A stretch of DNA of 64,000 nt from an uncultured Butyrivibrio sp. (lineage in GTDB: Bacteria; Bacillota; Clostridia; Lachnospirales; Lachnospiraceae): contig CAYMBY010000042.1 of NCBI GenBank assembly GCA_964388815.1, forward strand, positions 7 to 64,006, written 5' to 3'. This document shows positions 20,408-30,794 of this stretch, in pieces. Numbering within the stretch: position 1 is the first letter of the stretch; each line of letters begins with the position of its first letter. A program made the position numbers and the translations under genes. The notes under the pieces were generated by a model. The model saw only the letters and a program-made list of their open reading frames with translations. It made no database searches and was not told the DNA's origin.

Positions 20408-20440
20408 TAAAAACCTTCCAACTCATTTGAGTCGAAAGGC
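20408..20440 (-). terminator. intrinsic terminator after rnhA
   Basis: Minus strand GCCTTTCGACTC-AAAT-GAGTTGGAAGGT followed by TTTT. Confidence 0.6.
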
Positions 20441-20473
20441 CTCGTTTTTTGACTGGGTTATTTCACAGTTTCT

Positions 20474-20983
20474 TCAAAAGTCCTTATTCAGAACCTCTTT
20501 CAGATCGGTTCCATCATCGTGATAGAGTTCCTCCGACGGTGCATCCGCCGCCGTTGTGGCCAGTTCATCACAACGTTCATTTTCCGGATGCCCGTTGTGC
20601 CCCTTTACCCAGTGCCAGGTAATGTGATGCGGCCCTGCTGCAAGAAGCAGACGCTCCCAAAGTTCACGGTTCTTGACCGGAGATTTCGAACTCGTCTTCC
20701 AGCCGTTACGGACCCAGCCATCCAGCCAATGTTCATTAAACGCACTGATCACATATTTGGAATCAGAATAAAGATCCACATCACAGGGCTTCCTGAGCTG
20801 CTCCAGTGCGATAATGACGCCCAGAAGCTCCATCCGGTTATTGGTCGTTTTATCAAACCCTGCGCTGAGTTCCTTCCGGTGCACCTCTCCCTTTGGATCA
20901 ATATAATGTAATATGGCGCCGAAGCCTCCGGGTCCGTCCGGATTGCCTCTTGCCGCGCCGTCTGTATAGATTTCGATTTTCAT
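20474..20983 (-). CDS. rnhA: ribonuclease HI
   Basis: [38 protein letters not shown]. Confidence 0.95.
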   Translation of the reverse strand: MKIEIYTDGAARGNPDGPGGFGAILHYIDPKGEVHRKELSAGFDKTTNNRMELLGVIIALEQLRKPCDVDLYSDSKYVISAFNEHWLDGWVRNGWKTSSKSPVKNRELWERLLLAAGPHHITWHWVKGHNGHPENERCDELATTAADAPSEELYHDDGTDLKEVLNKDF

Positions 20984-20984
20984 T

Positions 20985-22691
20985 TTACTCCGTTTCCGAA
21001 ACACCGGATGGCATGGTCCATATCCCTGACTTTGTAAACTCATCTGCCATCTGCTGTGCGCTTTCCACCAGACGCGGGTCATAACCCAGAATGCCGAGCA
21101 GCTTTATGGCATTACGGTTCTTTGCAGGTCCTTCCTGAATCTGATAATTGAAATGAACGTCATTGTCTGTGACAATTCCTTCAAAATGGTAGTTGTCGTA
21201 CTGCTCTTTCAGCAGCTCTGTCAGTTCAATGTCATGCGTCGCCGCAAAGCACTGAATGTTACGGTGCGTAAACCCGGCCAGAATCCTGCTGGACGCGGCA
21301 ATCCGTTCAATGGTATTGGTCCCGCGCAGTACTTCATCAATCATACACAGGATTCTGCATCCGCTCTTTTCCGCGGCATCGAGGATGCGCTTCAGAGATT
21401 TGATTTCAACAATATAATAGCTGTCCCCGCCGACCAGATCGTCTCTGAGCGCCATGGAGGTATAAATACGGTACAGCGGAGCCGTATACTGCTCTGCCAT
21501 TACGGTATGAACAGACTGCGCCAGAATGGCACTTATGGCCACTGTTTTCAGAAACGTGGATTTACCGGAAGCATTGGAACCGGTGATCAGTACACCTCTG
21601 TGACAGGAAATGGAATTGGGAACGGGATGTTCCATTCCCGGATGATAAAGCCCCCTGATCACAAGTTCATCTGAAGAAGTCTGAAACTGCGGAATACAGT
21701 AACTGTCCGCAAGGGAAGCACGAAAGCATCCGATGGCAATTTCCGCATCAATTTTTCCGAGTACGGTAATCATATGATCCACCGTATCCGTATGTTTTCT
21801 GATTTCAGAAAGCATATGATTGAACTTGATCAGATCGATATGTGTTACAATCCGCAGATAGTCTGCCAGAATATCCAGCGGATTACCGCTGGCATTCATT
21901 CTTGTGGGAGACATCAGAATTCCGGAGCCGGCCTTAAAGGCTGCCATCTTCTGTTCGTCATCGCCAAGTTCTGCCAGTTCCTGCCCGAGCTCGTGATCTT
22001 TGATCTTCCGGAAGCGTTCCACACCCTTCAGAAGACGCATAACATAAGAAAAGCTGGACAGATACGGATCGATCTCAGCCTTATCCCGGAAGTAGGTCAC
22101 AATATTGAAAATCAGTACAACAATCAGCATGATAAAAAAAGTGCTGAAGGAGAAAAAGCATCCGATGATCGAAACCACAAGAAGAAAATCTGCCGTCAGA
22201 TTCATCAGATTCGATCTTTTCCCGAGATGATCCAGATAGTCAAGATAGTCATAAATGGAATACCTGTTCCTGTTGGCCATCCCTGCAAAAATCACCTGAC
22301 AGTCATTTCTCAGCGCTTCGTGCTCCATAAAATAACGGACATGCTGCTCCTGAAGTTCAAAATCATCACTCTGCTGCGGCGTGCGGAGCATATAATAAAG
22401 GTACTCTTCTCCGGCACCGGAATAGCAGTAATTCATCCGGCGAAAAACCTGATCCATGGACAGATCATTCCATGTGATGTCGTCAATGGCAGTCTCTGCT
22501 CTGTGCTTTTCAAAATACTTGGAAACGTACAGAAACTTGCTGTCATTATCCATTCCTTCCGGGAGTCCGCCATAGGTACGGTGGAGCTTATCCCGGAAAT
22601 TCTGCAGTGATCTTTTTTCATTCAGCATTCCAAGGATTGATACAATCACCAGAAATGCAATTACGATTGCAAAAAATACAACATACTCCAT
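20985..22691 (-). CDS. membrane-anchored MutS-related ATPase (domain V only)
   Basis: N-terminal TM segments, [31 protein letters not shown]. Confidence 0.85.
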   Translation of the reverse strand: MEYVVFFAIVIAFLVIVSILGMLNEKRSLQNFRDKLHRTYGGLPEGMDNDSKFLYVSKYFEKHRAETAIDDITWNDLSMDQVFRRMNYCYSGAGEEYLYYMLRTPQQSDDFELQEQHVRYFMEHEALRNDCQVIFAGMANRNRYSIYDYLDYLDHLGKRSNLMNLTADFLLVVSIIGCFFSFSTFFIMLIVVLIFNIVTYFRDKAEIDPYLSSFSYVMRLLKGVERFRKIKDHELGQELAELGDDEQKMAAFKAGSGILMSPTRMNASGNPLDILADYLRIVTHIDLIKFNHMLSEIRKHTDTVDHMITVLGKIDAEIAIGCFRASLADSYCIPQFQTSSDELVIRGLYHPGMEHPVPNSISCHRGVLITGSNASGKSTFLKTVAISAILAQSVHTVMAEQYTAPLYRIYTSMALRDDLVGGDSYYIVEIKSLKRILDAAEKSGCRILCMIDEVLRGTNTIERIAASSRILAGFTHRNIQCFAATHDIELTELLKEQYDNYHFEGIVTDNDVHFNYQIQEGPAKNRNAIKLLGILGYDPRLVESAQQMADEFTKSGIWTMPSGVSETE

Positions 22692-22727
22692 GCTGTCTCT
22701 CCGAAACTGTCATAATTTGAATTAAAT

Positions 22728-23444
22728 TCAGAATGTATCGCCGGGTGCAGTAATCTTATTGATGACGTCCCGGTAGGAAGCGCCGGTTTCTGTCCTGATA
22801 TATTTATCAATCCAGTCATATTTGTCCCACATGTGCATCGGAAATACAGCATTTGCCTTGGTGTGCGTAAGGAAATAATCCATTCCGTAGCCGTAGGCAT
22901 CCTGAAGCCTTGGATCCAGCGGAACGAAAGCAGCATCAAAGCTTCTTCCGGCAATCTGGTCAATTTCAGCCTTATACTGTTCTGCCATATCCTGATTTTC
23001 CTGATCCGGTTCACCTTCCCAGTGCCACCAGTTCAGATCTCCTGCATGGTAAACGGTTCTGTCTTCTGCCGTAACGATAAAGGCCACGCCCTCATCTGTG
23101 GATTTCAGACTTTCAATCGTCATACCTGCATAGGTGATCTTTCGGTTCGGACGGATCACGGTAACATAGTCTTTCAGATCCTTATCGGTGATCCGCAGTC
23201 TCGCAAACCATGTACTGCTCTGTCTGATGTCATCGCTTAAGAAAAAGTGCACCTTGGGATAGATTTTTACAAGTTCAAATACCTTCGGTTTGAAATGATC
23301 CGGATGTCTGTGGGAGGCAAAAACATATACCGTCTTGTCATGATCGAATTCCGGAAGTGTACCCTGCACATAATCAAAAATCAGTACAGTATGGTCGAGC
23401 TCAACGGTAAAACAGCTGTGATAAACATAAGTAATACGAAACAT
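22728..23444 (-). CDS. MBL-fold metallo-hydrolase
   Basis: HSCF, SHRHPDH, YHAGDLN, PMH. Confidence 0.85.
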   Translation of the reverse strand: MFRITYVYHSCFTVELDHTVLIFDYVQGTLPEFDHDKTVYVFASHRHPDHFKPKVFELVKIYPKVHFFLSDDIRQSSTWFARLRITDKDLKDYVTVIRPNRKITYAGMTIESLKSTDEGVAFIVTAEDRTVYHAGDLNWWHWEGEPDQENQDMAEQYKAEIDQIAGRSFDAAFVPLDPRLQDAYGYGMDYFLTHTKANAVFPMHMWDKYDWIDKYIRTETGASYRDVINKITAPGDTF

Positions 23445-23477
23445 ATATTTTCCTTTCGGTTCTTTTTTCAGATTGAT

Positions 23478-24791
23478 TTATTCAGAAAGTTCTTTTGAAA
23501 TTCTCGCCTTGATCTCTTCCGCCTTTTCATAAACGGTATCCGGTGTCACACCGATTCTGAATTCGCCGTCCATATAGCGGATCACACCGTGAATCATGGT
23601 CATCTTCACATTCTGCTTGCTTCCGCTGTATACAATGTTCTTGGCAATGTTGTTCAGCGGCCGCATATTGGGCTGATGCAGATCAAGCATGATCATATCC
23701 GCAAGTTTACCTTCCGCAAGAGTGTCACACTGCCTGAGTCCCATGGCATGTGCTCCGTTTACGGTTGCCATCTTCAGTACTTCCATGGCGTCAACACTGG
23801 AAGCATCCTGATTCTTCAGCTTGGCAAGGCCGGTAACAAGGAACATTTCCCGGAACATGTCCAGACAGTTATTGCTGGCCGGGCCGTCCGTGCCGATTGC
23901 AACAGGGATTCCCGCTTTCAGATACTGTGCGATCGGTGCGATGCCGCTTGCAAGCTTGGTGTTGGAACCCGGGTTGGTCACCACATACATTTTCTTTTCC
24001 TTCATGATGGCAATGTCTTCTGCCGTACAGTGTACCATATGGTAACCGCCACCGCCAAAATCAAAGAGTCCGAGGGAAGAAAGAAATGCAACCGGCGTCA
24101 TACCGTAGCGTTCGCGGCAGCCTTCCGTCTCGGCAGCAGTCTCGGAAATATGCGTAAATACCGGCACCTCATACTTGTGTGCCAGTGCACTGATCTTCTG
24201 CAGCAGCGTCTTTGAACAGGTATATTCGGCATGGAAACCGATCATGTAGGAATTGAGCGGATCCTTTCCGTTGATTTCCAGAAACATCTGCTCCACCATC
24301 TCGGGAGACTGACTGAAGTCATTGACCGCACTTACCTGCACACAGCGCATACCGGTTTCCAGACAGGCCTGCGCGATGGAGAGCGGTGTCAGATACATAT
24401 CGAAGATGGAGGTAATACCGCTGGTCAGATACTCCAGTATTGCAAGCTTTGTCAGCCAGTAGATATCGTCTGCTGTCATCTTGGCTTCCACCGGAAAGAT
24501 CTGATGGTTCAGCCAGTCGGAAAGCGGAAGGTCATCGGCCCGTGAACGCATCAGCGTCATTGCCGAATGTGCATGCGCATTCTTAAACCCCGGCATCAGC
24601 AGATTGCCTTCGCAGTCGATTTCCTTATCCCAGATCAGAATCATTCCGCTGTGCTTTTGATAAAATGCCTGAATTTCTTCGTTCGTTCCTGCAAAGAGAA
24701 TCTTTTCATCCTCGATCCATACTTCCCCCATGAAGATGTCCCTGCCAGGTTCCATCGTCAGTACTCTTGCATTGTAAAATCTTGTTTTCAT
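23478..24791 (-). CDS. amidohydrolase, MtaD (MTA/SAH deaminase)-like
   Basis: PGFKNAHAH, HISET, SNTKLASG, GTDGPASNN; follows purine nucleoside phosphorylase. Confidence 0.8.
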   Translation of the reverse strand: MKTRFYNARVLTMEPGRDIFMGEVWIEDEKILFAGTNEEIQAFYQKHSGMILIWDKEIDCEGNLLMPGFKNAHAHSAMTLMRSRADDLPLSDWLNHQIFPVEAKMTADDIYWLTKLAILEYLTSGITSIFDMYLTPLSIAQACLETGMRCVQVSAVNDFSQSPEMVEQMFLEINGKDPLNSYMIGFHAEYTCSKTLLQKISALAHKYEVPVFTHISETAAETEGCRERYGMTPVAFLSSLGLFDFGGGGYHMVHCTAEDIAIMKEKKMYVVTNPGSNTKLASGIAPIAQYLKAGIPVAIGTDGPASNNCLDMFREMFLVTGLAKLKNQDASSVDAMEVLKMATVNGAHAMGLRQCDTLAEGKLADMIMLDLHQPNMRPLNNIAKNIVYSGSKQNVKMTMIHGVIRYMDGEFRIGVTPDTVYEKAEEIKARISKELSE

Positions 24792-24819
24792 CGTATACGC
24801 CCCCAAACAGATGACGGGA

Positions 24820-25653
24820 TTACTTTCCCATCTTTTTCACTGATTCAGTTACAAGTTTTGCAAAAAGAGGTGCTGCCTTATCTGCAGCTTCCTGTACTTC
24901 AATGTGATTCAGCGGCTGATCGGTCATTCCTGCTGCAAGATTACTGATACAGCTGATGCCGCAGACCTTCATCCCCATATGATTGGCGGCAATTGCCTCA
25001 ACTACTGTACTCATACCTACCGCATCAGCTCCCATGGTGCGAAGGGCACGTATTTCCGCAGGTGATTCAAACGAAGGTCCTGTCAGCTGACAGTATACGC
25101 CTTCCTGAAGCGGAATACCGTTTTCCTTTGCTGCCATACGGATGATGTCCTGCAGATCTTTACGGTATACAGTGCTCATATCCGGGAATCTGGTTCCCAG
25201 ATCATCGTCATTCGGTCCCATCAGCGGATTCGGAACGAAGCAGGAAATCTGATCGGTAATCAGCATCAGATCTCCCGCCTTGAATGCGTGATTGATTCCG
25301 CCGGAGGCATTGGTCAGAAACAGCACCTCTGCGCCGAGCTTTCTCATCAGTCTGGCCGGCAGTACGACATCCGTAATGGGATACCCTTCATAATAGTGCA
25401 CACGGCCTTTCATGCATACAACCGGAACATCGTCCACATAACCGAAAATGAATTTTCCGGCATGTCCCGGTACTGTGGAAACCGGAAAGCCCTTGATCTC
25501 AGAATAGCTGATCTCGGATACCACACGGATATTGCTGGCATAATCGCCAAGTCCCGAGCCAAGTGTAATTGCCACCTTCGGCTGAAAATCAGTTACTTTT
25601 CTGACTGCTTCCACACACTGCATCAGCTTTTCATAAACTTCTGTATTTCCCAT
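24820..25653 (-). CDS. punA: purine-nucleoside phosphorylase (trimeric type)
   Basis: LGSGLG, STVPGHAG, GRVHYYEG, GPSFESPAE, VGMSTV. Confidence 0.92.
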   Translation of the reverse strand: MGNTEVYEKLMQCVEAVRKVTDFQPKVAITLGSGLGDYASNIRVVSEISYSEIKGFPVSTVPGHAGKFIFGYVDDVPVVCMKGRVHYYEGYPITDVVLPARLMRKLGAEVLFLTNASGGINHAFKAGDLMLITDQISCFVPNPLMGPNDDDLGTRFPDMSTVYRKDLQDIIRMAAKENGIPLQEGVYCQLTGPSFESPAEIRALRTMGADAVGMSTVVEAIAANHMGMKVCGISCISNLAAGMTDQPLNHIEVQEAADKAAPLFAKLVTESVKKMGK

Positions 25654-25665
25654 ATATTTCCTCCA

Positions 25666-27525
25666 TTATTCCTGTGATCTGATTTTTTCTGCCAGATCCT
25701 CAAGATATACATATCTGTCCATGAGCTGTTCCAGCTGTTTTTCCAGCTGCGTTTTTTCCTCTGTCAGCTGCCCCAGCCTTACAAAATCCGTTGCCGCACC
25801 GATCATGTCTGTATCGGCCTGCGCAATCTTCTGTTCACAGTTCTCAATGTCCTGTTCAATTGTTTCGTATTCCTTCTGCTCCTTATAGCTGAACTTCAGC
25901 TTATGTGCAGAGGAATAGCTCTTCTTTTCCGGGGACGGATCCGGTGACGATGCAGGTGCCCTGCCTGAAGGTTCATCCCAGGAAAGGCTTCCGTCTACGC
26001 CTTCCTCATGTTCCATGAAGAACTCCGTATAGGATCCGTTATAAAGATGTATCCCGCCTCTGGAGTCAAAGGTCAGCATCCGTCTGACCACTCTGTCAAG
26101 AAAATAACGATCATGAGAAACCGTGATCACAATTCCCGGGAAGGAATCCAGATAATCCTCCAGTATGCACAGCGTCTGGATATCCAGATCATTGGTCGGC
26201 TCATCCAGAATCAGAACGTTCGGCGCACCCATCAGTACCTTCAGAAGATACAGCCTTCTGCGTTCTCCGCCTGAGAGTCTGCCGATTTCCGCATACTGCA
26301 TGGATCCTTCGAACAGGAACTTCTCACACATCTGGGATGCTGTGACATAACCGTCATCTGTCTGAATATATTCCGCCGTATCGCGCACATAATCGATGAC
26401 ACGCTCCTGCATATCCATGCATTCGCTTTCCTGCGCATAATAGCCGATCTTTACGGTATCTCCGATCGTGACGGTCCCGCCATCCGGTGGAATGATCCCG
26501 GTCATGACCCTGATCAGTGTTGTCTTGCCGCATCCGTTCGGCCCCAGAATACCGACACGGTCATTGCGGAGAAAAATAAAACTGAAATCATCAAATAAAG
26601 TCCGTTCACCATATCTTTTGGAAATATGCGAAAGTTCTATGGTTTTCTTACCGAGTCTGGAAGAAAGTGCACTGATCTCCACATCTGCATCAAACTTAAG
26701 TTTTTCTTCATCCCGCAGTGCTTCATAACGCTGGATGTGTGCTTTCTGCTTGGTGCTTCTGGCTCTTGCGCCGCGCTGCATCCATGCCAGTTCCTTGCGC
26801 AGAATATTGGCATGCTTGTCCTGTGTGGACACTGCAGAAGCGACTCTTTCCGCTTTCAGTTCCAGGTATCCTTCATAGTTGGTGTCATAGGTATAGAGCT
26901 TTCCATGATCAATTTCAACAATTCTGTTGCAGACAAGATCAAGGAAATATCTGTCATGCGTTACCATGACCAGAGCGCCCCTGTAGGAGGCAAGATACTG
27001 CTGCAGCCACTCGCTCATGGCATTGTCCAGATGATTGGTAGGCTCATCCATCAGCAGAATATCACTTCTGGAAAGCAGCACACTGCAGAGCGCCGCCTTC
27101 TTACGCTGTCCGCCGGACAGATGGGATATTTTTTCCTGAATATCCGTAAAGCCAAGAAGATTCAGAATCTTTTTGGCCTCGCCCTCAAGCTCGTATTCCA
27201 GTTCCTTTGCAGCGACAGCGTCCTTCGGATGTATTTTCCTGACATTTTCAGTCACGACATATTCATAAAGAGTCATATCCTGTGAAAAGTCAGGATTCTG
27301 CGGCAGGTAACCGATCACGACATGATTTCCCATGACGATGTTCCCGCTGCCGGGTTCTTCTTTGCCTGCGATCAGGCGAAGAAGGGTAGATTTACCCGTC
27401 CCGTTAATGCCGATGATCCCGATTCTGGCACCTGTATCGATACCGAAATCCACGTGATCCAGCAATACCTTGTCTGTATATGCCTTTGAAATGTCCTTCA
27501 TTGATAATAAATTCGTTGATTGCAT
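25666..27525 (-). CDS. ABC-F family ATPase (Uup-like)
   Basis: Two ABC cassettes (GINGTGKST/LSGGQ/DEPTNHLD; GPNGCGKT/LSGGE/DEPTNDLD), ARSTKQKAHI linker, C-terminal coiled coil, no TM. Confidence 0.9.
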   Translation of the reverse strand: MQSTNLLSMKDISKAYTDKVLLDHVDFGIDTGARIGIIGINGTGKSTLLRLIAGKEEPGSGNIVMGNHVVIGYLPQNPDFSQDMTLYEYVVTENVRKIHPKDAVAAKELEYELEGEAKKILNLLGFTDIQEKISHLSGGQRKKAALCSVLLSRSDILLMDEPTNHLDNAMSEWLQQYLASYRGALVMVTHDRYFLDLVCNRIVEIDHGKLYTYDTNYEGYLELKAERVASAVSTQDKHANILRKELAWMQRGARARSTKQKAHIQRYEALRDEEKLKFDADVEISALSSRLGKKTIELSHISKRYGERTLFDDFSFIFLRNDRVGILGPNGCGKTTLIRVMTGIIPPDGGTVTIGDTVKIGYYAQESECMDMQERVIDYVRDTAEYIQTDDGYVTASQMCEKFLFEGSMQYAEIGRLSGGERRRLYLLKVLMGAPNVLILDEPTNDLDIQTLCILEDYLDSFPGIVITVSHDRYFLDRVVRRMLTFDSRGGIHLYNGSYTEFFMEHEEGVDGSLSWDEPSGRAPASSPDPSPEKKSYSSAHKLKFSYKEQKEYETIEQDIENCEQKIAQADTDMIGAATDFVRLGQLTEEKTQLEKQLEQLMDRYVYLEDLAEKIRSQE

Positions 27526-27562
27526 GAAAACATTATATAAGTAATGCCATAAAAATACAAAC

Positions 27563-29527
27563 TTAACTTGTCTGATCCTGCGATACGTCTTCTGCCTTAT
27601 CCTCTTTCAGAAGAGTTCCATGCAGTACAGGCCTTACGGTTGCCCGCACCGTCTGATCAAATACATCGATGGCCCCGAGCTGTGACATCTTGTTCAGAAG
27701 TATCTTTTCCAGTGATCCGTCAATGGCCACAGCACGCAGTGAAGACATCATCATATCGCTTCCGGGCGTTTCATCCATCCGGATTTCAATCGACCGGGGT
27801 GTCGCCGGATGAAGATATGCCGCAACAGGAATCTCTTCCTGCATGTCATTGATATTAAAATAGATATTCATCATGCGGGTTGCTGCCTCTTCCAGAAAAT
27901 AGATCTCATTGCGCAGCACAAACCGGCCGTATTCATCTGTTGTGCCGATGGTCTTTACAGAGACATGATAGATTTCGCCGTGCATGTCAATGTCACTTAC
28001 CGTGTAATGATCTCCAAAACCGCACTGAAGAGAAATCATTGTCTCTCCTTCATACAGATCCATGTAAAAGAAATTATTTCCACCTTTATGGAAACCGATC
28101 TTCCGGATGCCGTCCGTGAAATTGTTATGGATCACCTGAATCATCAGCGGGAAGATGCCGACGCCCTTGACGTCCAGATCATACACTGCGCCGTCCAGAC
28201 AGTCGGTCCAGATTCTGCGGAACTGATTGCCGACTCTCCGGTAGGAGGTATAGATCTGATTGCGTTCGTTGTCCCGGATCAGACGATGCCCGACAAGCGT
28301 TCTGCGATGCGCATTTCCGCTGCTGACAGGAATCGGTCTTCTGTTCCAGCCGCCGTCTGTAATTGTGGGAAGCGCAGGAATCCGCCCTGCAATATGCCTG
28401 CAGACGGATTTCAACATGGTCAGAGAAGCAAAATCTTCCGAAAGCGGCCCTTCCTGCAGCTGCAGATCATGCATGGAGGACTGGATGATCCCTGTCATGG
28501 AACCATACTGGAATACCTCTCCGTTACCGGCATTCGTTACGATGACCATCTGAATATCCGGATAGCAGTAAACGTTCTGCCCCAGCATGCCGTTAAAGGC
28601 AAATGCACCCTCACGGTCTGCGTTGACCCAGAGCTGATAACCGTAATGCTCTGCGTTTTCAATTCCGGTGTTTATCTGCGGCATTGTCGCATCGGTTACC
28701 CACTGTTCAGGAACAAGCTGCTGTCCGTTCCACATCCCTTTCTGCAGATAGAGCTGTCCGAGCTTTGCCATATCTTCAATCCGCATGAACAGTCCCCAGC
28801 CGCCCTTTGTAATCTTCTGCGGACAGCTTTCCCAGAACACACGCTCAATTCCCATGGGATCAAAGAGCCTTGGCTTCAGATAATCAAACATGCTCTCTCC
28901 CGTAATCTCCGTAACGATGGCAGAGAGCATATAGGAATTCATACTGTTATATTCAAATTTTGAACCAGGCGTAAAGGAAACCGATGCCTCCAGAAAGCTT
29001 TTTCTCCAGTCATTACCGGAAATTGCACCGCTTTCATTAAACTGCACACCGCTCGACATGGTCAGAAGATTCCAGACCGTCAGATCTTTCATCCGCAGGA
29101 TGCTCCAGATATTTTTCCGGGAACCGAACAGGTCAATGACCTTATCTGTAACACTCAGCCTGCCTTCTGCAATCAGCATGCCGATCGCCATTCCCGTAAT
29201 ACTCTTGCACATGGAATGCGTGACATGCCACAGATCCATCTGATAAGGGGAAAATGCCGTTTCACCGATCACGTATCCGTTCCTGAGTACCATGATCCGG
29301 TGCATGTCACAGCCTTCGGTTTCGTTAAGACGCCGGAACATATCGCACAGAAAAGCGGATGACACACCCTGGGATTCCGGCGTTCTTCGCTCAAGATGCT
29401 GCTCATTTGCATCCGCCGCAGGAAAGGCAGGCTTCTGCGGTCTGTAATCCACCTTACTGATTTCACCCGTCTGCCTGTTGATCATTTTCAGCATCAGTTC
29501 TCCGACATACCAGTCTGTTTTTGGCAT
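27563..29527 (-). CDS. serine hydrolase, beta-lactamase/PBP-like family, with long C-terminal extension
   Basis: SMCK (SxxK), LLTMSSG, PGSKFEYNS, GGWGL, YGYQLW; start uncertain (29527 or 29494). Confidence 0.8.
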   Translation of the reverse strand: MPKTDWYVGELMLKMINRQTGEISKVDYRPQKPAFPAADANEQHLERRTPESQGVSSAFLCDMFRRLNETEGCDMHRIMVLRNGYVIGETAFSPYQMDLWHVTHSMCKSITGMAIGMLIAEGRLSVTDKVIDLFGSRKNIWSILRMKDLTVWNLLTMSSGVQFNESGAISGNDWRKSFLEASVSFTPGSKFEYNSMNSYMLSAIVTEITGESMFDYLKPRLFDPMGIERVFWESCPQKITKGGWGLFMRIEDMAKLGQLYLQKGMWNGQQLVPEQWVTDATMPQINTGIENAEHYGYQLWVNADREGAFAFNGMLGQNVYCYPDIQMVIVTNAGNGEVFQYGSMTGIIQSSMHDLQLQEGPLSEDFASLTMLKSVCRHIAGRIPALPTITDGGWNRRPIPVSSGNAHRRTLVGHRLIRDNERNQIYTSYRRVGNQFRRIWTDCLDGAVYDLDVKGVGIFPLMIQVIHNNFTDGIRKIGFHKGGNNFFYMDLYEGETMISLQCGFGDHYTVSDIDMHGEIYHVSVKTIGTTDEYGRFVLRNEIYFLEEAATRMMNIYFNINDMQEEIPVAAYLHPATPRSIEIRMDETPGSDMMMSSLRAVAIDGSLEKILLNKMSQLGAIDVFDQTVRATVRPVLHGTLLKEDKAEDVSQDQTS

Positions 29528-29698
29528 ACGATCACCCCGTTTTCCGCATTTTTTACTTCTGTATCCGATTATAGTTGATTCAGATGCTTTTATCCATAAA
29601 TATCCCATGAATAATCTCTGAAGAATTCCCCTGGTGAAAAAAAGGATGTATAATGTGAGCCAGGGTAAATTCAAAACTAAGCAAAGACGAGGAGAAAC

Positions 29699-30769
29699 AT
29701 GTCAGAAAACAGAAAAATTCCTACGCTTCTCATTATTGACGGCTCATCCATGCTGTCGACTTCCTACTACGGAAACCTTCCGAAATCGATTCTTTTTGAA
29801 AAGGATGAAGAAAAAAAGCTGCAGCATTACAGCGAAATTCTGCATACCTCAGATGGAAAATATACCAACGCAATCTTCACCATGTTCCGTTCCATGCTGG
29901 CACTTTTCAGAGCAGTAAAACCGGAGTATGCCGTTTTCGTTTTTGATAAAACCAGAAATACCTTCCGGAGAACGCAGCTGCATGCGGAAATGTATAAGGC
30001 ACAGCGTAAGGAAACACCGCAGCCGCTGAAGGAACAGTTTGCAGGTATGGAAGAAGCACTTTCGCAGATCGGCTTTACCGTACTGTGCGGCGATGATTAT
30101 GAAGCAGATGATTATGCGGCATCCGTAATCCGTAAATTTGAGGATCCGGGTCTGCGCATTCTGGTACATACCAAAGATCATGATTACGAGCAGCTGGTCA
30201 GCGATCATACACGTCTCTGGCGTCAGGTGGATAAGGATAAGGCGGAAACGCTCAAAAACGCATACGGCCTGTTTGCCGGAAATGAAGGCTATGCAGCGCT
30301 TCCTGCCGGTATTTTTGAATATACGGCAGACATTGTAAACGCTGAAGAGGGCGTTATGCCCTCCCAGATTCCTGACCTGTGGGGAATTGTCGGAGACCCG
30401 AGTGACGGGATCCCGGGCTGCCGCGGCGTCTCTTCCGCTGCTGCACCGCTGATCCGCGAATATGGCTCGATTGCGCACATTTATGAGGCCATTGATGCCT
30501 GCGAAAATGATGCAAAAAAAGAGAAGGCACTGAGTGCCTTCTGGAAAGAAAATCTTGGTATATCGAGAAGTCCCCTGAAAAGTCTGAAAGAAAACCGTGC
30601 AGATGTCCTTCTGAGCAGGCAGCTGGCAGTCATGAAGGATGACATTGCCCTGTCCTGCACACTTGACGACCTGCGCATGCAGACAGATCCAGCTCCGTAT
30701 CTGCGCATATTTGATCAGTATGAACTGAGCAGCATCAGCGCGGATGTAAAGAAAAAGGGAATCTGCTGA
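29699..30769 (+). CDS. stand-alone 5'-3' exonuclease / flap endonuclease (PolI N-terminal-like)
   Basis: IDGSS, VFD..TFR, YKAQR, YEADD, KDHD, GDPSDGIPG; stops with no polymerase domain. Confidence 0.88.
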   Translation: MSENRKIPTLLIIDGSSMLSTSYYGNLPKSILFEKDEEKKLQHYSEILHTSDGKYTNAIFTMFRSMLALFRAVKPEYAVFVFDKTRNTFRRTQLHAEMYKAQRKETPQPLKEQFAGMEEALSQIGFTVLCGDDYEADDYAASVIRKFEDPGLRILVHTKDHDYEQLVSDHTRLWRQVDKDKAETLKNAYGLFAGNEGYAALPAGIFEYTADIVNAEEGVMPSQIPDLWGIVGDPSDGIPGCRGVSSAAAPLIREYGSIAHIYEAIDACENDAKKEKALSAFWKENLGISRSPLKSLKENRADVLLSRQLAVMKDDIALSCTLDDLRMQTDPAPYLRIFDQYELSSISADVKKKGIC

Positions 30770-30794
30770 AACTTCCGGTAACAGCACATCATGT

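Noticed and set aside
27809..28963. 384-aa plus-strand ORF (likewise 21774-22610, 29849-30787, 31633-32454, 16215-16853 and many shorter ones)
   Set aside because: Antisense or alternate-frame shadows of well-supported genes, with atypical composition.
27563..29527. Beta-lactam resistance gene
   Set aside because: No signal peptide; the SxxK family includes many esterases and amidases, so resistance cannot be inferred.
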